From positions 128,001-192,000 of the forward strand of contig CAVUGN010000005.1 in the NCBI GenBank assembly GCA_963741095.1: a stretch of DNA of 64,000 nt, in the 5' to 3' direction. The position numbers were made by a program, and so were the translations under genes. The notes beneath the pieces were generated by a model, which worked only from the letters and a program-made list of their open reading frames with translations, was not told where the DNA came from and made no database searches. Shown here piece by piece: positions 30,001 through 39,756 of the stretch. Each line of letters opens with the position of its first letter. Within the stretch, counting starts at the first letter, position 1. This DNA is from an uncultured Candidatus Micrarchaeota archaeon (GTDB lineage: Archaea > Micrarchaeota > Micrarchaeia > Micrarchaeales > Micrarchaeaceae).

Positions 30001-31757
30001 TATGTTGGGATTATGGTGAATCCGCTGGTCGCTGAGGTCGTCGACCAGAGCAGGTCTATTCCAGATTGTGAGTCGCATGTCTGGTAGTAGTCGACCTCTA
30101 TTGGGTACCAGCCCGTAGATCCAACAGTGACAGCAGTTGAAGTGCCATAGGTAGCTGGCTGTATTCCTATCCCGTAACCGGTCGGATTGGTGTTGGCATC
30201 GTTTATCCTAAGGTCTGAGGCAGAGATGGTTGAGCTACCTGAGGCAGTGTTGATGTAAAGCAGAGATCCGTCGTCACTGTATAACTGGAAGTAGTATGTA
30301 GTGCCCTTAGTAAGATAGATGTACCCCGTCCACTCGGTGCTGAACTCTGTGTTATAGAATTGAGTACTGCCAACAGTGAATCCAGGAGAATTCTCCATCC
30401 AGTAGAAGCCGGTTGAAGCCCCATGAGCTATGTTTGGATCGATCTCGGTTGCAGTTGGCAAGGTGCTGGCGAAGCTAGCACTGCCCTCAGGCCAATTCGA
30501 CTCTGATACACAACCTGCTGGATATGATGGAGCAGGAAGCGGGCTTCCGTAAAATGATGCTTTCCAGAACGCAGCATATAGTCCAGAGGGATTCACTTTT
30601 AACGTAGCCGTGTCTGAACCCGTTCCATAGTTGCAGTTATACTTTTTGTTGGAGCCGGATCCGCCGATTAAAGTGCAAACATCGCTGTTTGGATTCTTGC
30701 TCTGGCCAGTTATTATTGCATTTGCCGATGTTACGGCTGCAGTTATAGTATAAGTTTGTGAAGAGCCTACTTCGGGTGGAGAGAAGGTGCATGTAAAAGT
30801 GTAAGCTGATGTGCTAGAAGGAGAACAGGTTACAGGTACCGACAACGATGGTGAACCTCCTGATGTGGACCACTTGTACTTTATTGTCGGAGGTTGTATG
30901 TCCGCTGAAGGGATAGAATCCGAATTTAACTTCACTGTTGCAGTGTATATTGGGGTATTGCCCGGATAAATTATTAATGACGGTTCAAGGTCTACGCTCA
31001 GATGCCAAGGATTGGTCACAACTATTGTGAATCCACAGTCGACTACTGTGTTTCCCGTAGCGTCGGTAACAGTAAGATTGAAGTTATATTCTCCTGTTGA
31101 TAGTTTTGCCGCTGCTGCTGCATCTAGTACACACGGGGCCACCACGTTTGATGATACACCATTTCCAGAGCCGCAGTCCCAGGCAGGCGCAGGTGTGCTT
31201 CCATTATGGCTTTCCAGCCATTGATAGGTATATGGTTGAGTTCCGCCGCTTGCACCGTTGTCTAGTATTATAATGGTGTAATTTATTGTCTGGTTTTGCG
31301 TGATTGTAACGTTTGTTACAGTTGAATCGTTTATTACTGCGTATGGATCTTGTATTGTCAATGCAGGGCTGGTTATTACCGAAGTGTTTGCAGGTGCAAT
31401 CGTTGTTGCATTCGATTCTGGTGTAGAATTTGTTATGGGTGTGGAATTAGTTATGGTGGAACTTGTTGCGTTAGTATTATTATCAGCCGTCGAATTCGTA
31501 ATAGTGTCATTCGATAAGACCGTTGTTGATATTGTGATGTTCGACATCGCTGTGGCATTTATAGTGGTGGTTGCATTTATGATTGCAGTCGCATTGATTG
31601 TCGTGGTGAAATTCGACGGATTCGAAGCGGGACCAAACGTGGGATTTGGAAGCAGGAACAAGGAATGGAATAGCACCATTATCAGCGGAAGCGAAATAAC
31701 CAATGGCACGGCCATCAGCAGACTGCCTTTTAGATTCATTCCCATTTGTTTCACCAC
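21031..31757 (-). CDS. Giant (about 3,500 aa) surface adhesin-like glycoprotein with two PA14 domains and many disulfide-containing Ig-like repeats; split by about 3 frameshifts (near 24040, 23230 and 21590)
   Basis: ORFs 23985-31757, 23189-24037, 21510-23321 and 21031-21552 overlap and continue the same Thr/Ser-rich beta-sandwich sequence. There is a single N-terminal hydrophobic segment and a single C-terminal TM-RRRRR tail. Confidence 0.8.
26479..29016 (-). repeat. 8 tandem 315-bp (105-aa) coding repeats, nearly identical
   Basis: Units start at 26479, 26794, 27109, 27424, 27739, 28054, 28369 and 28684, with a partial unit at 28999. The only difference noticed is C>T at 28891. Confidence 0.95.
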
Positions 31758-32046
31758 GTTTAAAGCATCAATGAGGCTGGGTAATTCTGAGATAGCACAG
31801 CCTCAAGACAATTGTTGACAGACATTCCTTGTTTCCCCTTCACAGTGAGTTCACTTGAAGCAAACCCCATTTCAACTCAATATCCTACGACCCCCGCCGC
31901 GGAATATTTCGTATGCCGTATTGTTTAGGGCTTTGCAAACATAATATTTATACGTTCCGATTCGATAATATTTAGATGTTTCTCCGGCTTGTCGAGAGGA
32001 ACGCGATTTGAACTCATGCCTGCGATAGCTGCAGTTGCTTCAAGCC

Positions 32047-32076
32047 ATCTAAGTTATAATAAACTATAACTTTGGT
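32047..32076. repeat. Imperfect palindrome (12-6-12) downstream of the AbiE cassette
   Basis: ATCTAAGTTATA-ATAAAC-TATAACTTTGGT, with 10/12 arm complementarity. Confidence 0.7.
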
Positions 32077-32091
32077 GATTCTGTCATCAGC

Positions 32092-32676
32092 CTATTTGAT
32101 TAGCTTCTTCACCGCCGATTTTACTCGTGGAGGGTACATTTTGAGGTAAGCATTCAGTCTTCGTCTGTCGATCTGTTTTTTGAAAGAAGCCAGGACATCG
32201 CCGCTTATGTGGTGCTTGTAGTACACGAGGTCTATCAGGGTTTTTTCGCAATCGGACACTGGCACCCAGAAATCGTAGTACCTGACAAGCTCGTACCCGA
32301 AGAATAGTTTCCTGCTGAGGCGCTGGACCAGGTAATTGCCGTCTCCGAACTTCCTTTCGCCGGCTCGCACATTTTTCCATGTGATCACGACGGGATTCGT
32401 GTTTTGGTCCCAGAGTTTCAGGATGGTCAAGGCGTTCTCCAGGCCGTAATAGAAAGGCTTGAATGCGAAGCCCACAACGGTTATGTCGTTGTGGAACGTG
32501 TATGCGCCCTTGGCCACGCGCACCACCTCTCCTTTCCGCGACAGGTAGTTCAGCATGCGCTTAAGGTAGGCCTGCTTGATGCCCATAAGGCCCAGAGAAG
32601 CCCGCAGGTCGCTGATGCTGAAAACCGGAAACTTGGGATCGTCGAAGTTGCCCCTGACAAATTTTAGGTATTTCAT
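32092..32676 (-). CDS. Type IV TA antitoxin / transcriptional regulator, AbiEi-like
   Basis: N-terminal wHTH (VFSISDL...LSRKG.VVRVAKGAY), YYGLENAL and VSDCEKTLIDL. Confidence 0.8.
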   Translation of the reverse strand: MKYLKFVRGNFDDPKFPVFSISDLRASLGLMGIKQAYLKRMLNYLSRKGEVVRVAKGAYTFHNDITVVGFAFKPFYYGLENALTILKLWDQNTNPVVITWKNVRAGERKFGDGNYLVQRLSRKLFFGYELVRYYDFWVPVSDCEKTLIDLVYYKHHISGDVLASFKKQIDRRRLNAYLKMYPPRVKSAVKKLIK

Positions 32677-33329
32677 GCAAACCTATCTTTTATGCGCTTG
32701 ATCATGTTATCGAATGACGGAACCGGACCGGAGTATATCAGGCTGCGCAGCACCTCTGCGTTCACTGGCGGCTCGATGTTTGCCGTGAATTTCAGCACCG
32801 CTTTTCTTATCAGACTAGGTTCGGTGGCATTATCGCTCAGGATGTATATGTCGTAGATGTCCCTGATGAATTTCCTGTCACCGTATGCGCTGATTTTTTC
32901 TATTATCAGGTCTTCTGGAGACAGCGTCCTTATTTCTATATAGCCGCCGTCCACCCTTTCGAACCGGCCTGCGACAGGCTTTATCCTGGTCTCCCAATAG
33001 TTTATCTCTATCTTCAGGTATATGCCATTCAATGACAAGCCGATGAATACGAGATGCCCGGTGTCCTTTGCCTTTTCCATCGTGATGCCGTAGACATCCG
33101 CCATCTTTTCTATTCCGGCTTTGATCTTTTCAGTGTGCTCTTTGGACCTTAGGTATATGTCGATGTCGCTGGAAAAGCGGTTGCCACCGTAGCACCGCCA
33201 TATGGCAGTGCCTCCATGCAGCACCACGGTGCTATCGGTCTGGTACAGCATTTCCATTGCGGCGTCTTGGAAAGTTGCAAGATCGCGATATGCGCGTGTC
33301 TTGAGCAGTTTGATTATCGGCAGTTTCAT
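32673..33329 (-). CDS. Type IV TA toxin, AbiEii nucleotidyltransferase
   Basis: LHGGTAI..YG.NRFSSDID, EKISA..R..RDIYD motifs. Confidence 0.88.
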   Translation of the reverse strand: MKLPIIKLLKTRAYRDLATFQDAAMEMLYQTDSTVVLHGGTAIWRCYGGNRFSSDIDIYLRSKEHTEKIKAGIEKMADVYGITMEKAKDTGHLVFIGLSLNGIYLKIEINYWETRIKPVAGRFERVDGGYIEIRTLSPEDLIIEKISAYGDRKFIRDIYDIYILSDNATEPSLIRKAVLKFTANIEPPVNAEVLRSLIYSGPVPSFDNMIKRIKDRFA

Positions 33330-33335
33330 ATGATT

Positions 33336-33365
33336 ACCTAGGTTACAATATAATGTAACTTTGGT
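33336..33365. repeat. Imperfect palindrome (12-6-12) upstream of the AbiE cassette
   Basis: ACCTAGGTTACA-ATATAA-TGTAACTTTGGT, with 10/12 arm complementarity. Related to 32047-32076. Confidence 0.7.
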
Positions 33366-33376
33366 AGAAATAATAT

Positions 33377-34726
33377 TTAAACCTTTGTGTGGCTACTGTT
33401 TCTCGTCTCGTTCATCTCCCTGCCCCATATCACCACTTCAGGGTACCAGCGCTCCCTTGCCTCACCGACAAGGAAGACGGATCCGGTGACGCAGATCAAT
33501 GTGTCCGGGGTGGAGGCGTTGATCGCGGAGTCTATGGCCTCGTTGACGCCCATCACCGATATTGATTTCTTGCAGTACTTCGATGCCATGTCGGCGAGTT
33601 CGTTCGGGTCGACGGCCCTTCCTCCGACGTTGTGCTTCGTGGCTATTATCATGTCGGATATCGGGCCTATCTCCGCCAGCATCGCGGGTATCTGCTTGTC
33701 GGACGATATGCTCAGCACAGTTATGAGCTTGTCGTACTTGAAGATCTTCGTGAGGGAATCCTTCAAGGCCTTCATCGCAAGAGGGTCCTTCGCGCAGTCG
33801 AGTATCACTCTCGGATTTTCCTGCATCAGTTCAAGCCTTCCGGGCCAGACCACGTTCATGAGCCCGCTCCTGAAGGCCTCTTCGTTCACCGCGAATCCAT
33901 TCTGATTCAGGATTTCAATGGCGCCGAAGGCGCATCCGGCGTTGGAGAGCTGGTGCTCCCCGATGAGCTTGCACTGGACGTTCTTGTAGCTCTTGCCGAA
34001 GCCCTCTATGTCGAACGACTGATTCCGCTCGCTCGCGGCCAAGGGCTCCACCCTTATGTCGGAACCGACGAGGTAGATGCCGCTGTTCCGCTCCCTGCAT
34101 ATCCCGCTCAGCAGCGCGTATATCGCAGGGTCGGCGCTGGTGACAAGGCTGCTGTTGCTCTTTATTATTCCGGCCTTCTCACGCGCTATCTTCTCCCGCG
34201 TGTCACCGAGAATGTCTGTGTGCTCCAGCCCTATGTTCGTTATGACGGACACGATGGGGTCTATGACGTTCGTCGCGTCCAATCTTCCGCCGATGCCGAC
34301 CTCCATGACCGCTATGTCGACCTTGTTCTCCGCGAAGTGCTCTATCGCCAGCGCGGTCGCGAACTCGAAGAAGGTTATCCCGTCGCCGTCCTTCTCCATC
34401 CTTTCCGCTACGGGCATCAGCTTGCCGAACAGTCTTACCACATCTTCCTTGCCTATCTTCTTGCCCTTCACCGCTATCCGTTCCGTGAAATCCGTTAAGT
34501 GTGGCGACGTGTATGTGCCGACCTTGTACCCGGCGTAGGAGAGTATGGAAGAGACCATCGCGGCCGTCGAGCCCTTGCCGTTCGTGCCGCCGATGTGGAC
34601 GTACTTCAATGATCGCTCGGGATTGCCGATGCCGTCGAGCATGCGCTGCACTCGCTCAAGGCCCAGCTTCATGTCGCCGAACCTGCGCATGCCGAAAATC
34701 TGCTCGGTGACCTTGTCGTAGTCCAT
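33377..34726 (-). CDS. folC: Folylpolyglutamate synthase / dihydrofolate synthase
   Basis: HIGGTNGKGST, YTSPHL, EVGIGGRLDATN, WPGRLE and VTGSVFLVG motifs. Confidence 0.93.
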   Translation of the reverse strand: MDYDKVTEQIFGMRRFGDMKLGLERVQRMLDGIGNPERSLKYVHIGGTNGKGSTAAMVSSILSYAGYKVGTYTSPHLTDFTERIAVKGKKIGKEDVVRLFGKLMPVAERMEKDGDGITFFEFATALAIEHFAENKVDIAVMEVGIGGRLDATNVIDPIVSVITNIGLEHTDILGDTREKIAREKAGIIKSNSSLVTSADPAIYALLSGICRERNSGIYLVGSDIRVEPLAASERNQSFDIEGFGKSYKNVQCKLIGEHQLSNAGCAFGAIEILNQNGFAVNEEAFRSGLMNVVWPGRLELMQENPRVILDCAKDPLAMKALKDSLTKIFKYDKLITVLSISSDKQIPAMLAEIGPISDMIIATKHNVGGRAVDPNELADMASKYCKKSISVMGVNEAIDSAINASTPDTLICVTGSVFLVGEARERWYPEVVIWGREMNETRNSSHTKV

Positions 34727-34861
34727 CCCAACCAGCTTATGTTAATTCTGTACCCTCCGCTTATTTATAGTATTATTAGGGGCGGGAATTGATTGAAATC
34801 GAACACTTTAGATGCTAACTCTAGAGGATAAAAGAATTGGCAGAGCACACCGCTGACAGGG

Positions 34862-35347
34862 TCATCTCTTGCGCACGCCGGTTCCGACGACGATGCTGAG
34901 CAGCTTGTAGGCGGCCGCGGAGCTGGCCAGGGCGACGAAGATGTTCCCCAGGGCCGTGGATATCGCAAGGTTTATCAGCGGCGAGTTGATTATCGTGGTC
35001 TTCGAATAGACCGAGGTCGCGTAGGCGAGGAAGATGCTCGAATTGTTGACCAGCAGGAAGGTCAGGAGTAGGGTGAGTATTCCGGCAATCACTGAAACGA
35101 CTGTGGCATTGATGAGTGTCATCCCGAAGCTGAAATTCTTGAATGATTCCGCTCCGACCCAGAAGCCAAACGCGAATGTGAGTATGAAAGGCGCGCTGTT
35201 GCTCAGCAATGTCTGCTGCGCGAGATCGGGGTATGAAGTGAAGCCGAAAAGGAACGATAGAAGAAGGAAAGCGGCCCAGACTACAACCGGGTAGACTACG
35301 GCAGAAGTGAACGCGCCATTAAAATCATTCTTCTTACTTACGGCCAT
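34862..35347 (-). CDS. 4-TM membrane protein of unknown function
   Basis: Four hydrophobic segments. Confidence 0.7.
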   Translation of the reverse strand: MAVSKKNDFNGAFTSAVVYPVVVWAAFLLLSFLFGFTSYPDLAQQTLLSNSAPFILTFAFGFWVGAESFKNFSFGMTLINATVVSVIAGILTLLLTFLLVNNSSIFLAYATSVYSKTTIINSPLINLAISTALGNIFVALASSAAAYKLLSIVVGTGVRKR

Positions 35348-35514
35348 TGCAATCCCACATTATGTTATTTGAGAAGCTTTAATAAGTTTATGTTTATTAG
35401 TAGTAATAATTGGCTTCACGCCGTGTGCAATTTGTAGAATCTGGTTTCATGACGCAAACGAATGTTTTCCGAACAACTGGCGGCAAATGCCGCACGGAAA
35501 AAATCGTAAGCGGA

Positions 35515-36060
35515 ATGAGAGCGCAGAGCGCGATGGAGTACCTGATGACCTACGGCTGGGCTGTGCTCATCATCGGGGTCATTCTTGGCGCGATGTTCAA
35601 TCTCGGAGTCTTCAGTTCTTCCAGCCTGGCGGGAACGTCCTGCCTGGGCGCGACGGGCTTCACCTGCCAGAACCCTTCGATGATACCCACGGGGGTGATA
35701 ACCTTCCTTTTCGGCCAGGCGACGGGCAAGCCGATGTACAACGTCCAGTTCGAGTGCGTGGCCTCAACAGGAGCGAACAACCTGCCCAACCCAAGCAACG
35801 CTTTCAACAGCATGGCAAGCACGGGAGCGATGCTGCCCTATTCGGACAGCGGAAACACGCTCAGCAACGGGCAGTCGATAACCGTGTCCGCGCTGCAGTG
35901 CTACGATACGAACGGGAACCTGATAACCAGCCTTGCAGTCGGAGCTGCCTACAGCGGCTATGTCTACATAAATTACACCACCCTGAACGTGGCTCACAGC
36001 GGGCTCACCAACCCATGGTTCACCACGAAGGCATTGGTCATAAGGACAAAGGTAGTGTGA
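35515..36060 (+). CDS. Class III signal peptide (type IV pilin/archaellin-like) protein
   Basis: MRAQSAMEYLMTYGWAVLII cleavage motif plus a C-x6-C pair, typical of DPANN pilin-like families. Confidence 0.85.
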   Translation: MRAQSAMEYLMTYGWAVLIIGVILGAMFNLGVFSSSSLAGTSCLGATGFTCQNPSMIPTGVITFLFGQATGKPMYNVQFECVASTGANNLPNPSNAFNSMASTGAMLPYSDSGNTLSNGQSITVSALQCYDTNGNLITSLAVGAAYSGYVYINYTTLNVAHSGLTNPWFTTKALVIRTKVV

Positions 36061-36107
36061 ATCCTCGCGGCTGCTTTGCTTTGTAACGCCTGCCCCGTTG
36101 TGGGCAG

Positions 36108-37379
36108 TCAGAAATTGCTGCTCTTGCTTGAGTGCCTGAAGCCGCCGCGGACCGTCCGGTCGCGGTTCTCCCTGCCCTCCCAGCTCCGTGTGCGCCTGCC
36201 TATGTGGTCGTTCCTGTTGAACTGGCGCCTTGAGCCGTGCATCGGCAGTTCGAAGTCGCTGTACTTTTCAGGGTTGAGGTGCAATTCCTTCATCTGTATG
36301 TTGGCATCGTTCTGTATAGCCCTCAGCAGGCCCCTTTCGTCGAATCCGAGTATGGTGAAGGCCCTTCCCTCCTTGCCCATACGCGCGGACCTTCCGACTC
36401 TGTGGACGTAATCCTCGGACGCGTCCGGCGCGTCGAAGTTTATTATGTCGGTGATGTCGTCTATGTCAAGACCCCTGGCCGCGATGTTCGTCGCGATGAG
36501 GAATCTTGATCCCTCACGGAAGCTGCGCAGCGAGTATTCCCGCCTCGCCTGGGTCAGTCCGCCATGAAGCAGTGTAGCGTCAATCCCCTTCTTCAAAAGA
36601 AGTTCGTGTATCATCTCTGATTCATGCTTGGTCCTTGAGAAGATTATGCACTTCTTCGGCTGCATCTGGTCTATGTAAGCGAACAGCGTCGCGAACTTCA
36701 TCTTGCCTTTCGCGAATGCAAAGGTGTGCGATATCGTGTTCACAACAGGCTCCTCGTCCTTTCCGACAAGTATGGTCGCAAAGTCTTCGCGCATGTGGTG
36801 CCTCGCTATCTCCACTATCGCCCTCGGCATGGTGGCCGAGAACATCATCATCTGCTTGTGCATCGGCGTCTTCGAGAGGATGTAATCGACATCATCAATG
36901 AATCCCATGTCAAGCATTCGATCCGCTTCGTCCAGGACGACGAACTTCACCTGATCAAGCCTTAGCGCCCCCCTTTCTATTAAGTCTATCAGCCTGCCGG
37001 GAGTGCCAACGACTATGTTGACGCCCCTCTGCAGCATGCTGATCTGCACGTTTATCGAGGCTCCCCCGTAGACGGTCGTGGTGCGCATGCGCAGGTTCCT
37101 CCCCAAACTCTCGGAGAAGGTCGCGACCTGCAGTGCCAGCTCCCTGGTCGGTACTATGACAAGCGCGCTCACCGCGTTGGTGCGCGGCATGTTCTGCATT
37201 ATCGGCACTATGAAGGCCGCGGTCTTGCCCGTCCCTGTCTTCGCCCTGACTATCGCGTCCTTTCCTGACATCACTATCGGTATGGCGCGCTCCTGCACCT
37301 CCGTAGCGGTAGTGAATCCTATGCTTTCTATCGCATTTATCAGTTCTGGCTTCAGCTGCATTTCTCTAAATTGTTTCAA
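36108..37379 (-). CDS. DEAD-box RNA helicase
   Basis: Q motif, AKTGTGKT, PTRELA, DEAD, SAT, ARGLD and HRVGRSAR. Confidence 0.95.
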   Translation of the reverse strand: MKQFREMQLKPELINAIESIGFTTATEVQERAIPIVMSGKDAIVRAKTGTGKTAAFIVPIMQNMPRTNAVSALVIVPTRELALQVATFSESLGRNLRMRTTTVYGGASINVQISMLQRGVNIVVGTPGRLIDLIERGALRLDQVKFVVLDEADRMLDMGFIDDVDYILSKTPMHKQMMMFSATMPRAIVEIARHHMREDFATILVGKDEEPVVNTISHTFAFAKGKMKFATLFAYIDQMQPKKCIIFSRTKHESEMIHELLLKKGIDATLLHGGLTQARREYSLRSFREGSRFLIATNIAARGLDIDDITDIINFDAPDASEDYVHRVGRSARMGKEGRAFTILGFDERGLLRAIQNDANIQMKELHLNPEKYSDFELPMHGSRRQFNRNDHIGRRTRSWEGRENRDRTVRGGFRHSSKSSNF

Positions 37380-37539
37380 GCTAACACTGTTGTCGTATTT
37401 ACTAACAAGAGAAAAAGATGACTTTTTCCCAAGAGAAAAAGAAACTTTTCCTATGCTTGCCGTAGTATAATTGTGAAGGGTTAGATATATAGATGTTTTG
37501 AATGGAACGCCATGTTTTCATTGTTTCGGCGCTTCCGTC

Positions 37540-38079
37540 TCACTTTGTTTTCATCGCAGCGTCAAGCAGCACCCTTATCTCGTTCGAGGAGGGCAAAGCC
37601 CACATCCGCGCGGTCCTGCCTTCATTATCTTTTATGCCTGCATCCGCTTTGGCGTCCAATAGCGACTCAAGAATCTCCTTGTAGCCATAATAAGCAGCGA
37701 ACATCAGCGCCGTCAACCCATTAGGGTCTTGTACATCCGGATCGGCGCCAAAGTGCAGCAGCATCTCGACGACTTTATCGCGGCCCTTCCGTGATGCCCG
37801 CGTCAGCACGGTGTGGCCATTGAGAGTCGTGTTCGCGTCGGCGCCGCTTTCCAGCAGCAGCTTGATCTTATCCAGATCGGGCTCCTTTTCGCCAAGTTCA
37901 TTTATAATCGCATATCCGAACCTTTTCGCGTCCTCTTTATCCACGGCGAATTTCCTCAGCGCATTCTTCAGCCCGGCAATCTGTTTGTCGGCCATGCTGC
38001 CCGCACGATCGACGAACGCCTTTAGAGCCTCTACTCGGTCTGAGGTCATCCTTCCGCTTTGGTTCGTGTTGCGTTCCAT
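37540..38079 (-). CDS. Ankyrin repeat protein (copy 3)
   Basis: GADAN/GADPD and G.TALMFAA repeats, plus the shared N-terminal leader. Confidence 0.85.
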   Translation of the reverse strand: MERNTNQSGRMTSDRVEALKAFVDRAGSMADKQIAGLKNALRKFAVDKEDAKRFGYAIINELGEKEPDLDKIKLLLESGADANTTLNGHTVLTRASRKGRDKVVEMLLHFGADPDVQDPNGLTALMFAAYYGYKEILESLLDAKADAGIKDNEGRTARMWALPSSNEIRVLLDAAMKTK

Positions 38080-38101
38080 CTCACTTACCATTCATCACAT
38101 T

Positions 38102-38929
38102 CTAGAGCAGATTAACAGCATTACCGGTCGCGCGATCCTTTGGAGTCTTGCCGGCAGAATCCCTGATGCTCGCGTCTGCGCCGCCAGCCAGCAGCGCCCT
38201 CACGGCTTCGTCGTTTCCGTTTATTGCAGCGTACATCAGCGCGGTCTCGCCCGCGCTGTTTCTCAGGTCGACTTTGGCCCCGCTACCCAACAGTGCCTTG
38301 ATGACTTTGCCGTTACCACCATCTGCCGCAGCCCACATCAGCGCCGTTTCCCCGAAGTAACTTTTCGAATCCACTTTTGCTCCGCCGCTTAGCAGGATCT
38401 TAACCGTCTCGCAGTACCCATATTTCGAAGCACCCATCAGCGCGGTCCTGCCGCCATTATCTGCCCAGTTTACATCAGCGTTATTATCCAACAGCATTTT
38501 GACGACCTCGTCATAGCCATTCCTTGATGCTTCCGTCAGCGCCGTCAAGCCCGCGTTGCTGCTCAAATTTGCGTCGGCGCCCTCATCCAATAGCAATTTG
38601 ATCATGTCGGTGCCGCCGAAAGAAGAGGCGATGATCAATGGGGTCCACCCATTTGCGCCCAGTGTATTCACGTCCGCGCCTTTGGCTATCAGCTCTTTGA
38701 TCTTATTCGCGTCCGCATTCTTCCTCTTGCTCAGTTCCTGAATGATTTCGTTGTCAAGCCGCTTCGCCGCCTCCTCGTTGACCATTAATTTCCTTGGGTT
38801 GTCTTTCAACTTCATGACCTGATTGTTTATCTCGCCGCCTGACGATCCGTCAACCTTCCTGACGAATGCGCTTAGGGCGTCGACCCGGTCGGTGGTCATT
38901 TTTCCATTGCTGTTCGTGCTGCGTTCCAT
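38102..38929 (-). CDS. Ankyrin repeat protein (copy 2)
   Basis: About 5-6 G.T(P/A)L..A...G...VK.LL..GA.VN repeats. Confidence 0.9.
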   Translation of the reverse strand: MERSTNSNGKMTTDRVDALSAFVRKVDGSSGGEINNQVMKLKDNPRKLMVNEEAAKRLDNEIIQELSKRKNADANKIKELIAKGADVNTLGANGWTPLIIASSFGGTDMIKLLLDEGADANLSSNAGLTALTEASRNGYDEVVKMLLDNNADVNWADNGGRTALMGASKYGYCETVKILLSGGAKVDSKSYFGETALMWAAADGGNGKVIKALLGSGAKVDLRNSAGETALMYAAINGNDEAVRALLAGGADASIRDSAGKTPKDRATGNAVNLL

Positions 38930-38930
38930 T

Positions 38931-39560
38931 TTATTTCGCCCTCGAAGCGTGTTCGAGCAGCCTCTTTACGGCAGAATGCGCGCGGTCGGCTGCCGTCTTT
39001 CCCATAACGTCTTTTATGCTCACGTCTGCGCCATTGTTCAGCAGCGTCTTGATGATTTTTTCATTGCCGTATTCTGAAGCAAACATCAGCGCTGTTCTTC
39101 CATCGTTGGTCTTTGAATCTACAACGGCGCCGTTTCTTAATAGCAGCGTAACGATTTCCCCTTTATTGTGGAATGAAGCCAGCATAAGCGCCGTCCAATT
39201 TAGACTATCTATTGCATTCACGTCGGCACCGACGCTTAGCAGCGTCTTAACAAGATCGGTGTAACCGTTCTCTGAAGCGCGCATGAGTACGGTGCCCTGC
39301 TCGTCTCTCGTGTTCGGATCTGCACCACGTTTTATCAACTCCTTTATTTTATTGAGGTCGGGCCAATTGCTATTCGTCACTTCCTTGATGAGTTCAACGC
39401 CCAGAGTGTGCGCCTCGTCTTCGTCAACGCCGCTTCGGGTATTATTCTTCAACCCTTGGATTTCCTTGCTGACGGCGCTTTCCGACTGCCTGACGAAATT
39501 CCTGATCGCGTCCGCTCGGTCCTGAGTCATTTTCCCGTTCTGGCTTGCGTTGTGCTCCAT
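38931..39560 (-). CDS. Ankyrin repeat protein (copy 1)
   Basis: About 3-4 ankyrin repeats, plus the shared N-terminal leader. Confidence 0.9.
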   Translation of the reverse strand: MEHNASQNGKMTQDRADAIRNFVRQSESAVSKEIQGLKNNTRSGVDEDEAHTLGVELIKEVTNSNWPDLNKIKELIKRGADPNTRDEQGTVLMRASENGYTDLVKTLLSVGADVNAIDSLNWTALMLASFHNKGEIVTLLLRNGAVVDSKTNDGRTALMFASEYGNEKIIKTLLNNGADVSIKDVMGKTAADRAHSAVKRLLEHASRAK

Positions 39561-39756
39561 CTCACTTGCCCCTTGCTGCCTCTTCGAACAGGTTCTTTAT
39601 CTCGTTGCCTTTGTTGACACTGCCGTCCATCAAGAATCCTTGATATAAAAGCGCCTCAGGAGATACTTATACCCTGTTTTTGGGTTCGGCGATTGACGTT
39701 TTGCCGATAATCTGGGCCAGGATAAGCAGAATCGCGCCGGTAGGAATATCGTTGCG

